From NCBI GenBank assembly GCA_040901675.1, contig JBBDYJ010000035.1, forward strand, positions 1-64,000: a stretch of DNA of 64,000 nucleotides, given 5' to 3'. The position numbers were made by a program, and so were the translations under genes. Shown here piece after piece: positions 33,473-42,917 of the stretch (positions are counted from its first letter, which is position 1; each line of letters begins with the position of its first letter). Source of the stretch: Pirellulales bacterium. GTDB taxonomy: Bacteria; Planctomycetota; Planctomycetia; Pirellulales; JAICIG01. The notes beneath the pieces were generated by a model that ran no database searches, was not told where the DNA came from, and worked only from the letters and a program-made list of their open reading frames with translations.

Positions 33473-35269
33473 ATGAGCACGCGGCAGATCCAATCGCTGT
33501 CTCCCGGCCTGCCTGAGCAGGTCACCGAGCACAGGCTGGTCAATTGGGATGGAATCGAACTTTTCTACCGGGCCTGGCTGCCCCAGCAGCCTGCCGAGCG
33601 GGCGGTATTTCTGTTCCATCGCGGCCACGAGCACTCCGGCCGGTTCCTGGACATTGTGCCCGAGTTATCGCTGGACCGGACCGCGTTCTTCGCTTGGGAC
33701 GCACGAGGTCACGGGCAATCTCCAGGCGCGCGGGGACACGCGCCGAGCTTTGCCTGCGTCGTCAAGGACCTTGATTTCTTCGTGCGCACGGTGGCGAGGC
33801 AACACGGCATTCCGCTCTCCGACGTGATCGTCTTGGGCCATAGCGTCGGCGCGGTCGCGGTGGCGAACTGGATTCACGACTATGCGCCCCCCATCCGGGC
33901 CATGGTGCTCGTCACTCCGGCCCTGCGGGTGAAGCTGTACGTCCCGCTGGCGATTCCAGCCTTGCGGCTGTGGCGGGCGGCTCGCGGCGAGAGCCCCATG
34001 TTCGTCCAAAGCTACGTGAAGTCTACGATGCTCACGCACGACCCCGAACAGGCGAAGCGCTACGACGAGGACCCGCTGATCGCACGGGCCATTGCCGTGA
34101 ACATCCTCGTCGATCTGTACGACGTCTCGACCCGCCTGATCCGCGACGCGGGGGCAATTCGTCTGCCCGTGCTGCTGCTGGCAGCCGGAAGATCGGATTG
34201 GGTCGTCCGGCTGGACGCCCAGCAAGCTTTTTTCGACCGCCTCGGCTCGCCGATCAAGCGGATGCAGGCCTTCGAGGGGATGTATCACGATATTCTGCAC
34301 GAGTCCGACCGGCGGCAGGTGATCGAGACGGTGCGCGATTTCATGACCGAGATGTTCGAGCGGCCCACTCCAGCGGCGGAATTGCTCGACGCGGACCGCA
34401 AAGGCCACACGCGAGACGAGTACGAGCGCTTGCTGCGACCGCTGCCGCGGCTCTCGTTACGTCGCTGGTCGTATGCGGCGCAGCGCGTCGTCATGCGGAC
34501 CCTGGGTTGCTTGAGCGAAGGCATCCGTGTCGGATGGCGGAGTGGGTTTGATTCGGGTGAGTCGTTGGATTACATCTATCGGAACCAACCTCGAGGTTCG
34601 TTATGGATCGGCAAGTTGGGCGACCGCCTCTATCTGAACGCCGCGGGCTGGCGAGGCATCCGGCAGCGGCGAGAACACTTGGAAAACCTGCTGCGCGTGG
34701 CCATCGGCCGCGTGCGCGACGGCGGCCGCCCGGCGCGCGTGCTGGATATTGCTTCCGGATATGGCGGCTATATCCTGGAGATCATTCGCTCGCTGCCGCC
34801 GGGCACCGTCGAGTCGGCCCTGCTCCGCGACAACACGCCGGCCAACTTGGCTGCCGCCCGCAAAATGGCCGAGCGGATGCAATTGACCGGCGTCGGCTTC
34901 GCCCAGGCGGACGCTTTTGACGAAGAATCGCTGGCCGCGATCGATCCGCCTCCCAACGTGACCGTTGTCTCCGGACTGTACGAGCTGTTTCCAGACAACT
35001 CCATGATTCGGGCTTCTTTACGCGGCATCGCGCGGGCCATGCGCGACGGAGGGCTCCTCATCTATACCGGCCAGCCTTGGCACCCGCAGTTGGAAATGAT
35101 CGCCCGTGTGCTGAGCAACCGCGAGGGCCGCCCCTGGGTCATGCGCCGCCGGACACAGCAGGAGTTGGACGAGTTGGTCCGCTCCGCCGGCTTCGAAAAA
35201 ACGGAAATGGAAGTGGATTCGATGGGCATCTTCACCGTATCGCTTGCCCGGCTCGGCGCCCCCACATGA
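33473..35269 (+). CDS. Alpha/beta hydrolase - class I SAM methyltransferase fusion (YnbC-like)
   Basis: HRGHEHSGR, GHSVG nucleophile elbow, YHDILHE; VLDIASGYG, VSGLYELF, YTGQPWHPQLEMIAR. Confidence 0.9.
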   Translation: MSTRQIQSLSPGLPEQVTEHRLVNWDGIELFYRAWLPQQPAERAVFLFHRGHEHSGRFLDIVPELSLDRTAFFAWDARGHGQSPGARGHAPSFACVVKDLDFFVRTVARQHGIPLSDVIVLGHSVGAVAVANWIHDYAPPIRAMVLVTPALRVKLYVPLAIPALRLWRAARGESPMFVQSYVKSTMLTHDPEQAKRYDEDPLIARAIAVNILVDLYDVSTRLIRDAGAIRLPVLLLAAGRSDWVVRLDAQQAFFDRLGSPIKRMQAFEGMYHDILHESDRRQVIETVRDFMTEMFERPTPAAELLDADRKGHTRDEYERLLRPLPRLSLRRWSYAAQRVVMRTLGCLSEGIRVGWRSGFDSGESLDYIYRNQPRGSLWIGKLGDRLYLNAAGWRGIRQRREHLENLLRVAIGRVRDGGRPARVLDIASGYGGYILEIIRSLPPGTVESALLRDNTPANLAAARKMAERMQLTGVGFAQADAFDEESLAAIDPPPNVTVVSGLYELFPDNSMIRASLRGIARAMRDGGLLIYTGQPWHPQLEMIARVLSNREGRPWVMRRRTQQELDELVRSAGFEKTEMEVDSMGIFTVSLARLGAPT

Positions 35270-36249
35270 GCGAGTCCACGGATATTCTTGCCGGATACTT
35301 CAGGCTGATGAACCTCAACGGCGCCTCGCACGTGTATCGCGAGGCCGTTCGGTCCGGCGCGCTGGACGCTTTGCGCTCGGGTCGCCGGACGGCCGAGGCC
35401 GTGGGCCAGGCCTGCGGCACCGTGCACCGGCCCACGCAGTTGCTTCTCGACGCGCTGTCGGCGCTGGGCCTGTTAAACAAGAACGATGAGGGCTATGCAC
35501 TCGATCCGCTGGCCCAGATGCTGCTGATGGGCGATTACCGCAACCTCGGAGACGAGTACTGGGCCCAATTGCCGGCATGGCTCAAGACGGGCGAGCCGCT
35601 TGTGAAAATGGACGACATCGCGCAGCGTGAAGCCCACTACCAGGCCCAGGCGGCCATCCTCGGCTGGATGCTGACGCCGGCGGCACGATGCGCCGCGCAC
35701 ATCATGCGGGCAAACTGGGTTTCGGAGGCGGCACGCATCCTCGACATCGGCGCCGGCTCGGCCATCTGGAGTTTGACGCTGGCCCGCGAAACTCCCACGG
35801 CAACCGTGACGGCGGTCGATTGGCCGTCGGTGTTGGAGGTCGCCGCCGAGACGGCCGGGCAATTTGGGCTGTTGGACCGTCTGACCAAGCTCCCCGGCAA
35901 TTATCATGAGATCGAGTTCCCGCGGGGCTGGTTCGACGTGGCGATCCTCGGCAACGTGACCCACCTGGAGAGACGTAGTGATAACGTGGCGTTGCTCGCC
36001 AAGACGCGCGGCGCTCTCAAGCCGGGCGGGCGGGTCGTTATCTTCGATATTTTTCCGGGGCAGTCTCGCGGCGACTTGAACCGCGCACTCTATTCCCTGG
36101 GTCTTGCCTTACGGACAAAGCACGGGCACGTTTACTCAGTGCAAGAATTTGACTCGATGCTTCGTGAAAGCGGATTCGGCCCGCCCCAACTTTTTCCCTT
36201 GGAGGTGCCTCCCTTCGCCCTCGGCATGCTGACCGCCGCCACGCTGTAG
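35266..36249 (+). CDS. O-methyltransferase (dimerisation domain plus SAM-binding domain)
   Basis: N-terminal wHTH-like region; ILDIGAGSA, ALKPGGRVVIFD; ATGA overlap. Confidence 0.87.
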   Translation: MSESTDILAGYFRLMNLNGASHVYREAVRSGALDALRSGRRTAEAVGQACGTVHRPTQLLLDALSALGLLNKNDEGYALDPLAQMLLMGDYRNLGDEYWAQLPAWLKTGEPLVKMDDIAQREAHYQAQAAILGWMLTPAARCAAHIMRANWVSEAARILDIGAGSAIWSLTLARETPTATVTAVDWPSVLEVAAETAGQFGLLDRLTKLPGNYHEIEFPRGWFDVAILGNVTHLERRSDNVALLAKTRGALKPGGRVVIFDIFPGQSRGDLNRALYSLGLALRTKHGHVYSVQEFDSMLRESGFGPPQLFPLEVPPFALGMLTAATL

Positions 36250-36323
36250 CGACAGTCTCTCTTCCCGCCCCGTGTGGGGCGTGGAGGGGCTAGTCAGCGT
36301 GGATGCGCCGAAAGGGGCACTTA

Positions 36324-36615
36324 AAGTTTCGCTGGAGGACCCATTTGGCCAGGCTTACCCGGGGCCTCTCCGCCGACGATTGCATCCCGCCGGCCGCCGG
36401 CGAAGCGGTCCGAATCCGGCGCGAACTGGCTGCCGGCGACCTGTACAGGTTGCATTTCGCCCGTATAGCCGGACTTTCCAGGAGAACGGGGCCCGAATCG
36501 CGCAACTCCGCTCTCTTATGGGGGATGCTCCTTGCGTTCATCCTTTCGTAAAGGGGTTGCAATCCGCTCGTTTTCGGGCAAAATGACGAGATTCGCGCTT
36601 TCGGGAAACCGGGCT
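36324..36615 (+). repeat. 292-bp direct repeat, copy 2 (rplY upstream region)
   Basis: Matches 30452-30743; contains a TTGCAA-N16-CAAAAT sigma70-like promoter. Confidence 0.92.
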
Positions 36616-36714
36616 GTCGGCTAGGCCGATCAAGCGGCATGCAATTGGCACCCGGGTTCCCGTGGCGAGCGCGTGCTTTCTTTCTGAAGCGTTGAGGCAG
36701 ATTGAGGTTAAGCG

Positions 36715-37344
36715 ATGGCGGAGTTTTTGAAGGTTGAGACGCGCACCTCGCGCGGCAAGCGGCATGCCAGACGAATGCGGCTGGCCGGATCGGTGCCGGC
36801 CGTCCTGTATGGCCATGGAGAGCAGACCATCAGCCTTTCGGCCCCTTCGGAGCAGGTTAAGGCGGTCATCCGGCATGGGGCCCGCGTGGTCGACCTCCAA
36901 GGCGCGGTGTCCGAGAAGGCTTTTATTCGCGATCTGCAGTGGGACGTCTACGGCACGGAAGTCCTGCACCTCGATCTGACTCGTGTCTCCGCCGACGAAA
37001 AAGTGGAGGTGCAGGTCACCGTCGAGCTTCGCGGAGAAGCGCCGGGCGTCAAGGATGGCGGCGTCGTCTCGCAACTGCTGCACGAGGTCGAGGTCGAGTG
37101 CCTGGTGACGGCGATCCCCGAAAAATTGTCGTTGAACATCAACGAGTTGAAGCTGGGCGACTCGCTGTCGGCCGGCGATATCGCCCTGCCCGCGGGCACC
37201 ACGCTGCTCTCCGACCCCGAAGCGATCATCGTGCAGTGCGTTGAGCCCAAGCCGGAGGAGGAGGAAGCGGCCATCGTGGGCGAGGGTGCCGAGCCGGAGA
37301 TCATTGGGCGCAAGCCCGAAGAGGAGGAGGAAGAGGAAGGCTAG
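36715..37344 (+). CDS. rplY: 50S ribosomal protein L25/Ctc
   Basis: VPAVLYGHG, LHLDL, GVKDGG, acidic tail. Confidence 0.96.
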   Translation: MAEFLKVETRTSRGKRHARRMRLAGSVPAVLYGHGEQTISLSAPSEQVKAVIRHGARVVDLQGAVSEKAFIRDLQWDVYGTEVLHLDLTRVSADEKVEVQVTVELRGEAPGVKDGGVVSQLLHEVEVECLVTAIPEKLSLNINELKLGDSLSAGDIALPAGTTLLSDPEAIIVQCVEPKPEEEEAAIVGEGAEPEIIGRKPEEEEEEEG

Positions 37345-37355
37345 TTGGAGCTCTG

Positions 37356-37916
37356 ATGAAGCTGGTGGTGGGCCTGGGCAACCCCGGCCGCAAGTACGAA
37401 GGCACCCGGCACAACGTCGGGTTCGAGGTGCTGGCGGATTTGGCAAAGCGGTTTGGACAGGGCGCCGCCCGATCGAGTTTCCAGGCCGAGGTGGTCGACG
37501 CTAACCTCGGCGGCGAGCGGGTCGTGTTGTTGTGCCCGCAGACGTTCATGAACAACAGCGGGGCCAGCGTGGTGCGGGCCCGCGATTTTTACAAGCTGGA
37601 GAATCACGAGCTACTGGTCATCTGCGACGACTTTAACCTCCCCCTGGGCCGCCTGCGGTTTCGGGCCAAGGGGTCGTCGGGGGGCCAGAAAGGTTTAGAG
37701 GACATCATCCGCCGCCTGGGGGGCGACGAGTTCGCCAGGCTGCGGATCGGCATCGGACAGCCGCCGGAGGGTTGGGACCCGGCCGACTACGTGCTGGGGC
37801 GATTCGCCAAGGCCGAGCGCGCCGAGGCGGATGCCGCCGTGTGGCGGGCCGCGGACGCCGCGGTGGCTTGGGTCCGCGATGGGATTGAGAAGTGCATGAA
37901 TCAGTACAATGCGTAA
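37356..37916 (+). CDS. pth: Peptidyl-tRNA hydrolase
   Basis: GLGNPG, TRHNVGF, PQTFMNNSG, RLRIGIG. Confidence 0.96.
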   Translation: MKLVVGLGNPGRKYEGTRHNVGFEVLADLAKRFGQGAARSSFQAEVVDANLGGERVVLLCPQTFMNNSGASVVRARDFYKLENHELLVICDDFNLPLGRLRFRAKGSSGGQKGLEDIIRRLGGDEFARLRIGIGQPPEGWDPADYVLGRFAKAERAEADAAVWRAADAAVAWVRDGIEKCMNQYNA

Positions 37917-38016
37917 CCCAGTGCGATGCATGACTCAGTGAATGACGTTGTGCCGATACGGCGAAGACCCGGCCGTCACGTAACGAAAACCGGATTTGAT
38001 CCACCAGGAGCTTGAT

Positions 38017-38448
38017 TTGGCGCAGAACGTTTACGAAGGCTTGTTCATACTGGACTCGAACCGCTACGGGCGCGACGCGGCCGGCGTCTCGGGCCAGATT
38101 GCCGAAATGGTCGCAAAATATGACGGAGAAGTCCTGGTCAGCCGGCTCTGGGAAGAGCGGCGGCTGGCCTATCCGATTTCCGGACAGCGCAAGGGAACTT
38201 ACTGGCTGGCCTACTTCAAGCTCGACAGTGGCCAGGTGCCCAAGATCGAGCGGGAGTGCCAGTTGAGCGAGAGCATCCTGCGGGCGCTGATCCTCAAGGT
38301 CGATCCGCGGATCGTCGACGCCCTGGTCAGCCACGCGCTGACCGCCGGCACCGACGTGACCAAGAGCCGGCGCGAGCAGCCGGTCGCCGTGGAGCCGGTC
38401 GTCGAGGAGATCGAAGAAATCGCGGAAGTGGCCGAGTTGGGCAACTGA
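38017..38448 (+). CDS. rpsF: 30S ribosomal protein S6
   Basis: YEGLFIL, RRLAYPI..RKGTY; AGGAG RBS before TTG start. Confidence 0.93.
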   Translation: MAQNVYEGLFILDSNRYGRDAAGVSGQIAEMVAKYDGEVLVSRLWEERRLAYPISGQRKGTYWLAYFKLDSGQVPKIERECQLSESILRALILKVDPRIVDALVSHALTAGTDVTKSRREQPVAVEPVVEEIEEIAEVAELGN

Positions 38449-38502
38449 CGTTTCCCCGGGGTTTTCCCGCGTTCTTAGGCTCTAAGCAAAAAGGGGGGTG
38501 CC

Positions 38503-39000
38503 ATGGCGAGCTACAACAGGGTGATTCTGCTTGGCAACATGACCCGCGATCCCGAGCTGCGCTACACGCCCAGCGGCACCGCCGTCTCGGAAATCGGCCT
38601 GGCCGTGAACGACCGGCGCAAGGGTGCCAACGGCGAATGGATCGAGGAAACCACGTTCGTGGACGTGACCCTCTGGGGACGCACCGCCGAGGTGGCCAGC
38701 GAGTACCTGGGCAAGGGCGCGCCGCTGCTGATCGAAGGCAGGCTGAAACTCGATCAGTGGGAAGACAAGGGCGGCGGCGGCAAGCGGTCCAAGCTGCGCG
38801 TGGTTTGCGAGCGGATGCAGATGCTGGGCGGCAAGCCCGGCAGTGGCGGTGGCGGCGGAGGCGCCCAGCGGAGTCAGGCCGCCGGTGGCCGGGCTCAGCC
38901 CTATGACGAATCAGAATACGCCGCTCCGACCGAGCACTACGCCGAACCGAGCGGCGCTGCCTCAGCCAGCCAACCACCCGACGATGACATCCCGTTTTAG
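38503..39000 (+). CDS. ssb: Single-stranded DNA-binding protein
   Basis: NRVILLGNMTRDPELRY; C-terminal DDDIPF. Confidence 0.97.
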   Translation: MASYNRVILLGNMTRDPELRYTPSGTAVSEIGLAVNDRRKGANGEWIEETTFVDVTLWGRTAEVASEYLGKGAPLLIEGRLKLDQWEDKGGGGKRSKLRVVCERMQMLGGKPGSGGGGGGAQRSQAAGGRAQPYDESEYAAPTEHYAEPSGAASASQPPDDDIPF

Positions 39001-39108
39001 GCCGGCCGATTCGTCCGCGACAAGACCCCTGCTTGCATAACCATGCCCCGATCGAGATCGGGGCGCGAACGTTGTATCATCTCCATCTCCTGGGCGCGTA
39101 GTCTGAAT

Positions 39109-39666
39109 ATGCCAACAAGCAAGCCACGCAAACGCAAACTGCCGCACCGCAACAGGCGGCTTCCCAAGGCTGCCAGCGGCGGCATCGAACTGTTGCTGAT
39201 CCAGTCGGTGGACCATCTGGGCAAGCAGGGAGACGTCGTCGCCGTCAAGCCCGGCTATGCACGCAACTACCTGCTGCCGCAGGGCCTGGCCGCCATCGCC
39301 ACCGACCATCACAAGCGCATGATCGACAAGCACAAGGCGCGGCTGGCGGAAATCCAGAAGTCCCGCCTGGCCGGCTTGCGAAGCCAGGCCGAGGAGCTCA
39401 GCCGCCAGAGCGTCACCATCGAGGCCAATGCCAACGACGAAGGACACTTGTACGGCTCGGTGGGCGCGGCCGAGATCGTGGCGGCCTTGAAACGCAACGA
39501 CATCACCATCAGCACCGACCAGGTCCGACTGAAGGGACCGCTCAAGGAGCTGGGCTTGTACACGGTCAACATTCACATGGGCCACGAGATCGAGACCGAA
39601 CTGAAGGTCTGGGTGGTGCCCACCGTGTCGGACGAGGGCGCGGAAGCCAAGCCGGCCAAGAGTTGA
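39109..39666 (+). CDS. rplI: 50S ribosomal protein L9
   Basis: LGKQGDVVAVKPGYARNYLLPQG and LYGSV. Confidence 0.96.
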   Translation: MPTSKPRKRKLPHRNRRLPKAASGGIELLLIQSVDHLGKQGDVVAVKPGYARNYLLPQGLAAIATDHHKRMIDKHKARLAEIQKSRLAGLRSQAEELSRQSVTIEANANDEGHLYGSVGAAEIVAALKRNDITISTDQVRLKGPLKELGLYTVNIHMGHEIETELKVWVVPTVSDEGAEAKPAKS

Positions 39667-39715
39667 TCTCTCGGGCCTTGCGGCTGCTACAATACGCCGG
39701 CGATAAGGAGTCAGG

Positions 39716-41116
39716 ATGGCTACAGCGCGGCGCATTGACGAACGAGCGGGCGGCCCACGGCTGCAGTCGGAGATTCTCGACCGGCTGCCGCCGCAGAATC
39801 TCGAGGCCGAAAAAGGCGTGCTGGGCAGCCTGCTGTTGGACCCCGAGCTCTGCGACGAAGTCGCCCTGCTGTTGCGGCCCGTTGACTTCTATTCGGGCCC
39901 GCACCAGACGTTGTTCGCACACCTGCTGGCGATGCACAACGACGGGGTGCGGATCGATGTCACGCTGCTCAACGAGCGCCTGAAGAAGTGCAACGACCTG
40001 GAAGCCATCGGGGGCCTCGCCTACCTGGCCGAGGTGGCCGACTCGGTTCCGACCGCGGCCAATGCCACCTATTATGCCCAGATCGTCCGCGACAAGGCCA
40101 CGCTGCGCTCGCTGATCCACGCCAGCACCGAGATCCTCCGCGACGCCTACGACCAGTCGCTCGAAGCCCGCGACATGCTCGGCCGCGCCGAGGAAAAGGT
40201 GTTCCGCATTCTCGAGGACCAGGGCACCGGCGACCTGGCGCCGCTGGAGGACGTGCTGCACGAGGCCCTCTCGCGGATCGATGCCCGGCTCGAAAAGGGG
40301 GGCGGCATCGGCGGCATGCCGACCGGCTTCACCGATCTGGACGGTCTGACCGGCGGCTTCCACGATGGCGAGTTGGTGATCTTGGCCGCGCGGCCCAGCA
40401 TGGGCAAGACCGCGTTGGCCACCAACATTGCCGACCACGTGGCAATCAGCGGGCTGCGGACCACGCTGTTTGTCAGCCTCGAAATGTCACGCCTGGAACT
40501 GGCTGAGCGCATGCTTTGCGGCCATGGCCGCATCAACGGCCACAAGCTGCGCAACGGCTTCATCTCCGCCACCGACCGCAAGAAGCTGATCGAGTCGTCC
40601 GTGGCGATGAGCAAGGCGCCCTTGTTCATCGACGATACGCCCAGCCGGACGATGACCGAGATTGCCGCCACCGCCCGCCGCCTGCGCCGCCGGGAGAAGC
40701 TGGCGTTGGTAATTATCGACTACCTGCAGCTCATCGAGCCGGACAACCCCAAGGATCCCCGGCAGGAGCAAGTGGCCAAGATCGCCCGGCGGCTCAAGGG
40801 GCTGGCCCGCGAGTTGAAGCTTCCCGTGCTCTGCCTGGCGCAGCTCAACCGGCAAGCCGAGGTAACCAAGGACAACCGGCCGCGTCTCAACCACTTGCGC
40901 GAGAGCGGCGCGATCGAGCAGGATGCCGACGTGGTGCTGTTCGTGCACCGCGACGAGTATTACCAGAGCAACGACGACGACCGCTCCCGCGTGGCCGGTC
41001 AGGCCGACCTGATCATCGCCAAGCAGCGCAACGGCCCCACCGGCGACATCAAGCTGGCCTGGCTGCAGGACTACACCCGCTTCGAAAACCTGGCCCGCCA
41101 GCAGTACGACTTTTGA
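39716..41116 (+). CDS. dnaB: Replicative DNA helicase
   Basis: PPQNLEAE, AARPSMGKT, IDYLQL, LRESGAIEQDAD, KQRNGP; no intein. Confidence 0.97.
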   Translation: MATARRIDERAGGPRLQSEILDRLPPQNLEAEKGVLGSLLLDPELCDEVALLLRPVDFYSGPHQTLFAHLLAMHNDGVRIDVTLLNERLKKCNDLEAIGGLAYLAEVADSVPTAANATYYAQIVRDKATLRSLIHASTEILRDAYDQSLEARDMLGRAEEKVFRILEDQGTGDLAPLEDVLHEALSRIDARLEKGGGIGGMPTGFTDLDGLTGGFHDGELVILAARPSMGKTALATNIADHVAISGLRTTLFVSLEMSRLELAERMLCGHGRINGHKLRNGFISATDRKKLIESSVAMSKAPLFIDDTPSRTMTEIAATARRLRRREKLALVIIDYLQLIEPDNPKDPRQEQVAKIARRLKGLARELKLPVLCLAQLNRQAEVTKDNRPRLNHLRESGAIEQDADVVLFVHRDEYYQSNDDDRSRVAGQADLIIAKQRNGPTGDIKLAWLQDYTRFENLARQQYDF

Positions 41117-41327
41117 AGATACATCAGCCTTCGGAGGTCTCCGGTCGGCCACGGCCCCAACTCGCCTTGTACCCCGCGGTCAGTTCCGGTATTTCTACCC
41201 AGTCTGATCGGGCCGGGCGGCTTGGACCTGGAAGCTCTATTCTACCCAGTCCGCGCCGGCTGCCAGGCTTCAGGCCGTGCCCTTCAAAGATCTCGTCTGC
41301 TTCGCGAACACCACCGAAAGGCCCTGG

Positions 41328-42917
41328 ATGGTCGGCCGCCGCCTTGACCTGTACTTGCGTGCTTGCGCGGCCGGCCTGTTGGCACTCTCGGCCACGGCGC
41401 CGGCGGCGGCCCAGGAATCGATCCCGCCTGGACGCCTCGAGAGCGGCCCCGCCTTCCCCGCCGGGCCTCCCGCGACGAACCTCGTGCCGGGCCTGCCCGA
41501 CCCGGATAACCAGCAGCAGGTGATCGACGTGCGGGTGGAAGGCCACCAGAGCATGCCCCTTCAAAGAATCAGGCGATTCATTCGGACCCGCGGCGGCCGC
41601 CCGCTCGATCCCGAGGTGGTCGAAGGCGACGTCCGCAACCTGGTCAAGTCGCGGCTGTTCCTGAGCGTCGACACTTCGTACCAACCGGTGCCCGGCGGCG
41701 TGATCGTCGTCTTTCACGTCGTCGAGCGGCCCATGCTGCAATACGTCCATTACGTGGGCAACACGATTGCCGTGCGGCATCTGGATAAGCAGACCGAACT
41801 GAAGAAGGGAGACGCGCTCGATCCATACGCGATCGAGGAAGCCCGCCGCAAACTCCAGGAGTATTACATCTCCAAGGGATTCTCCAAGGCCACCGTGAGT
41901 GTGGTCGAAGGCGGCAATTCGGCCGACCGCGGCGCGGTGTTCCTGATCAACGAGGGGCAAAAGCAGAAGATCCTTTACGTCGATTTCGTGGGCAACACCA
42001 TCGTGGGCGACGGGCGCTTGCAGACACAGATCGAGTCGAAACGCCCACTGCTATTCTTGTTCAAGGGCCAGGTCGACCGCGAAAAGATCGACGCCGACGT
42101 CGATCGGCTGACCACGTACTACCGCAGCCTTGGCTTCTTCAGCGCCCGCATCGGGCGCGAGCTGGTATTCAACGACAAGCAGAACTGGGCCAAGCTCACG
42201 TTCGTCATTGATGAGGGACCCCGTTACGTGGTCCGCAAGGTCTCCTTCATCGGCCACAGCAAGTTCAGCAGCGACGAGCTGGCGGCCGGACTCAAGCTCA
42301 AGGACAACCAGTTCTTCGACCAGGCGGCCATGACCAAGGACGTGTCGCTGCTGTCGGACAAGTACGGCAGCCAGGGCTACATCTTCGCCGACGTTCGGCC
42401 CGACCCGCGCTATGCCGAGGAGCCCGGCGAACTGGACCTGGTCTACCAGATCGCGGAAGGCGACCGCTACCGGGTGGGCCGGATCGACGTGCTGATCGAG
42501 GGCGAAAACCCGCACACGCAGCGCGACACGGTGCTCAATCGAATTTCGCTGCGGCCGGGCGACATTGTCGACGTCCGCCAGAAGCGGGCCAGCGAACGGC
42601 GGCTGCGGGCCTCAGGCCTGTTCATGAACGACCCAGCGCAGGGCATCCAGCCCAAGATCGTGTTCGGAAAGCCCAAAGTCAACGACGAGGCGATTTACGC
42701 CGAGCGACCGCCTGGCTCCGGATCATTCCGCGGACAGAGTCCTGATGGACCGCACTGGCGGCAGCCGGCGACCGGCAGTCCCGGTGATCGTTGGATCGTC
42801 CTCTCGGTTCAGGGGCGGCTGGCCGATCCTGGCCCGCTGGTGCCCCCCCAGTCGCCGGCGCCCGCGGCCGCTGCGGATCTCCAACAAAAGCCTGCTTCCA
42901 ACCGGGAGACATGGTGA
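41328..42917 (+). CDS. bamA: BamA N-terminal part (POTRA repeats)
   Basis: Signal peptide; repeated POTRA units (YYISKGF, YYRSLGFF, YGSQGYI); ends in a low-complexity tail. Confidence 0.8.
   Translation: MVGRRLDLYLRACAAGLLALSATAPAAAQESIPPGRLESGPAFPAGPPATNLVPGLPDPDNQQQVIDVRVEGHQSMPLQRIRRFIRTRGGRPLDPEVVEGDVRNLVKSRLFLSVDTSYQPVPGGVIVVFHVVERPMLQYVHYVGNTIAVRHLDKQTELKKGDALDPYAIEEARRKLQEYYISKGFSKATVSVVEGGNSADRGAVFLINEGQKQKILYVDFVGNTIVGDGRLQTQIESKRPLLFLFKGQVDREKIDADVDRLTTYYRSLGFFSARIGRELVFNDKQNWAKLTFVIDEGPRYVVRKVSFIGHSKFSSDELAAGLKLKDNQFFDQAAMTKDVSLLSDKYGSQGYIFADVRPDPRYAEEPGELDLVYQIAEGDRYRVGRIDVLIEGENPHTQRDTVLNRISLRPGDIVDVRQKRASERRLRASGLFMNDPAQGIQPKIVFGKPKVNDEAIYAERPPGSGSFRGQSPDGPHWRQPATGSPGDRWIVLSVQGRLADPGPLVPPQSPAPAAAADLQQKPASNRETW

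Noticed and set aside
30452..36615. Composite transposon or IS pair
   Set aside because: The repeats have no terminal inverted repeats or transposase, and no target duplication was seen
37917..38016. S6:S18 leader RNA upstream of rpsF
   Set aside because: A CCGG..CCGG stem and a CCC are present, but the match cannot be supported without a covariance search
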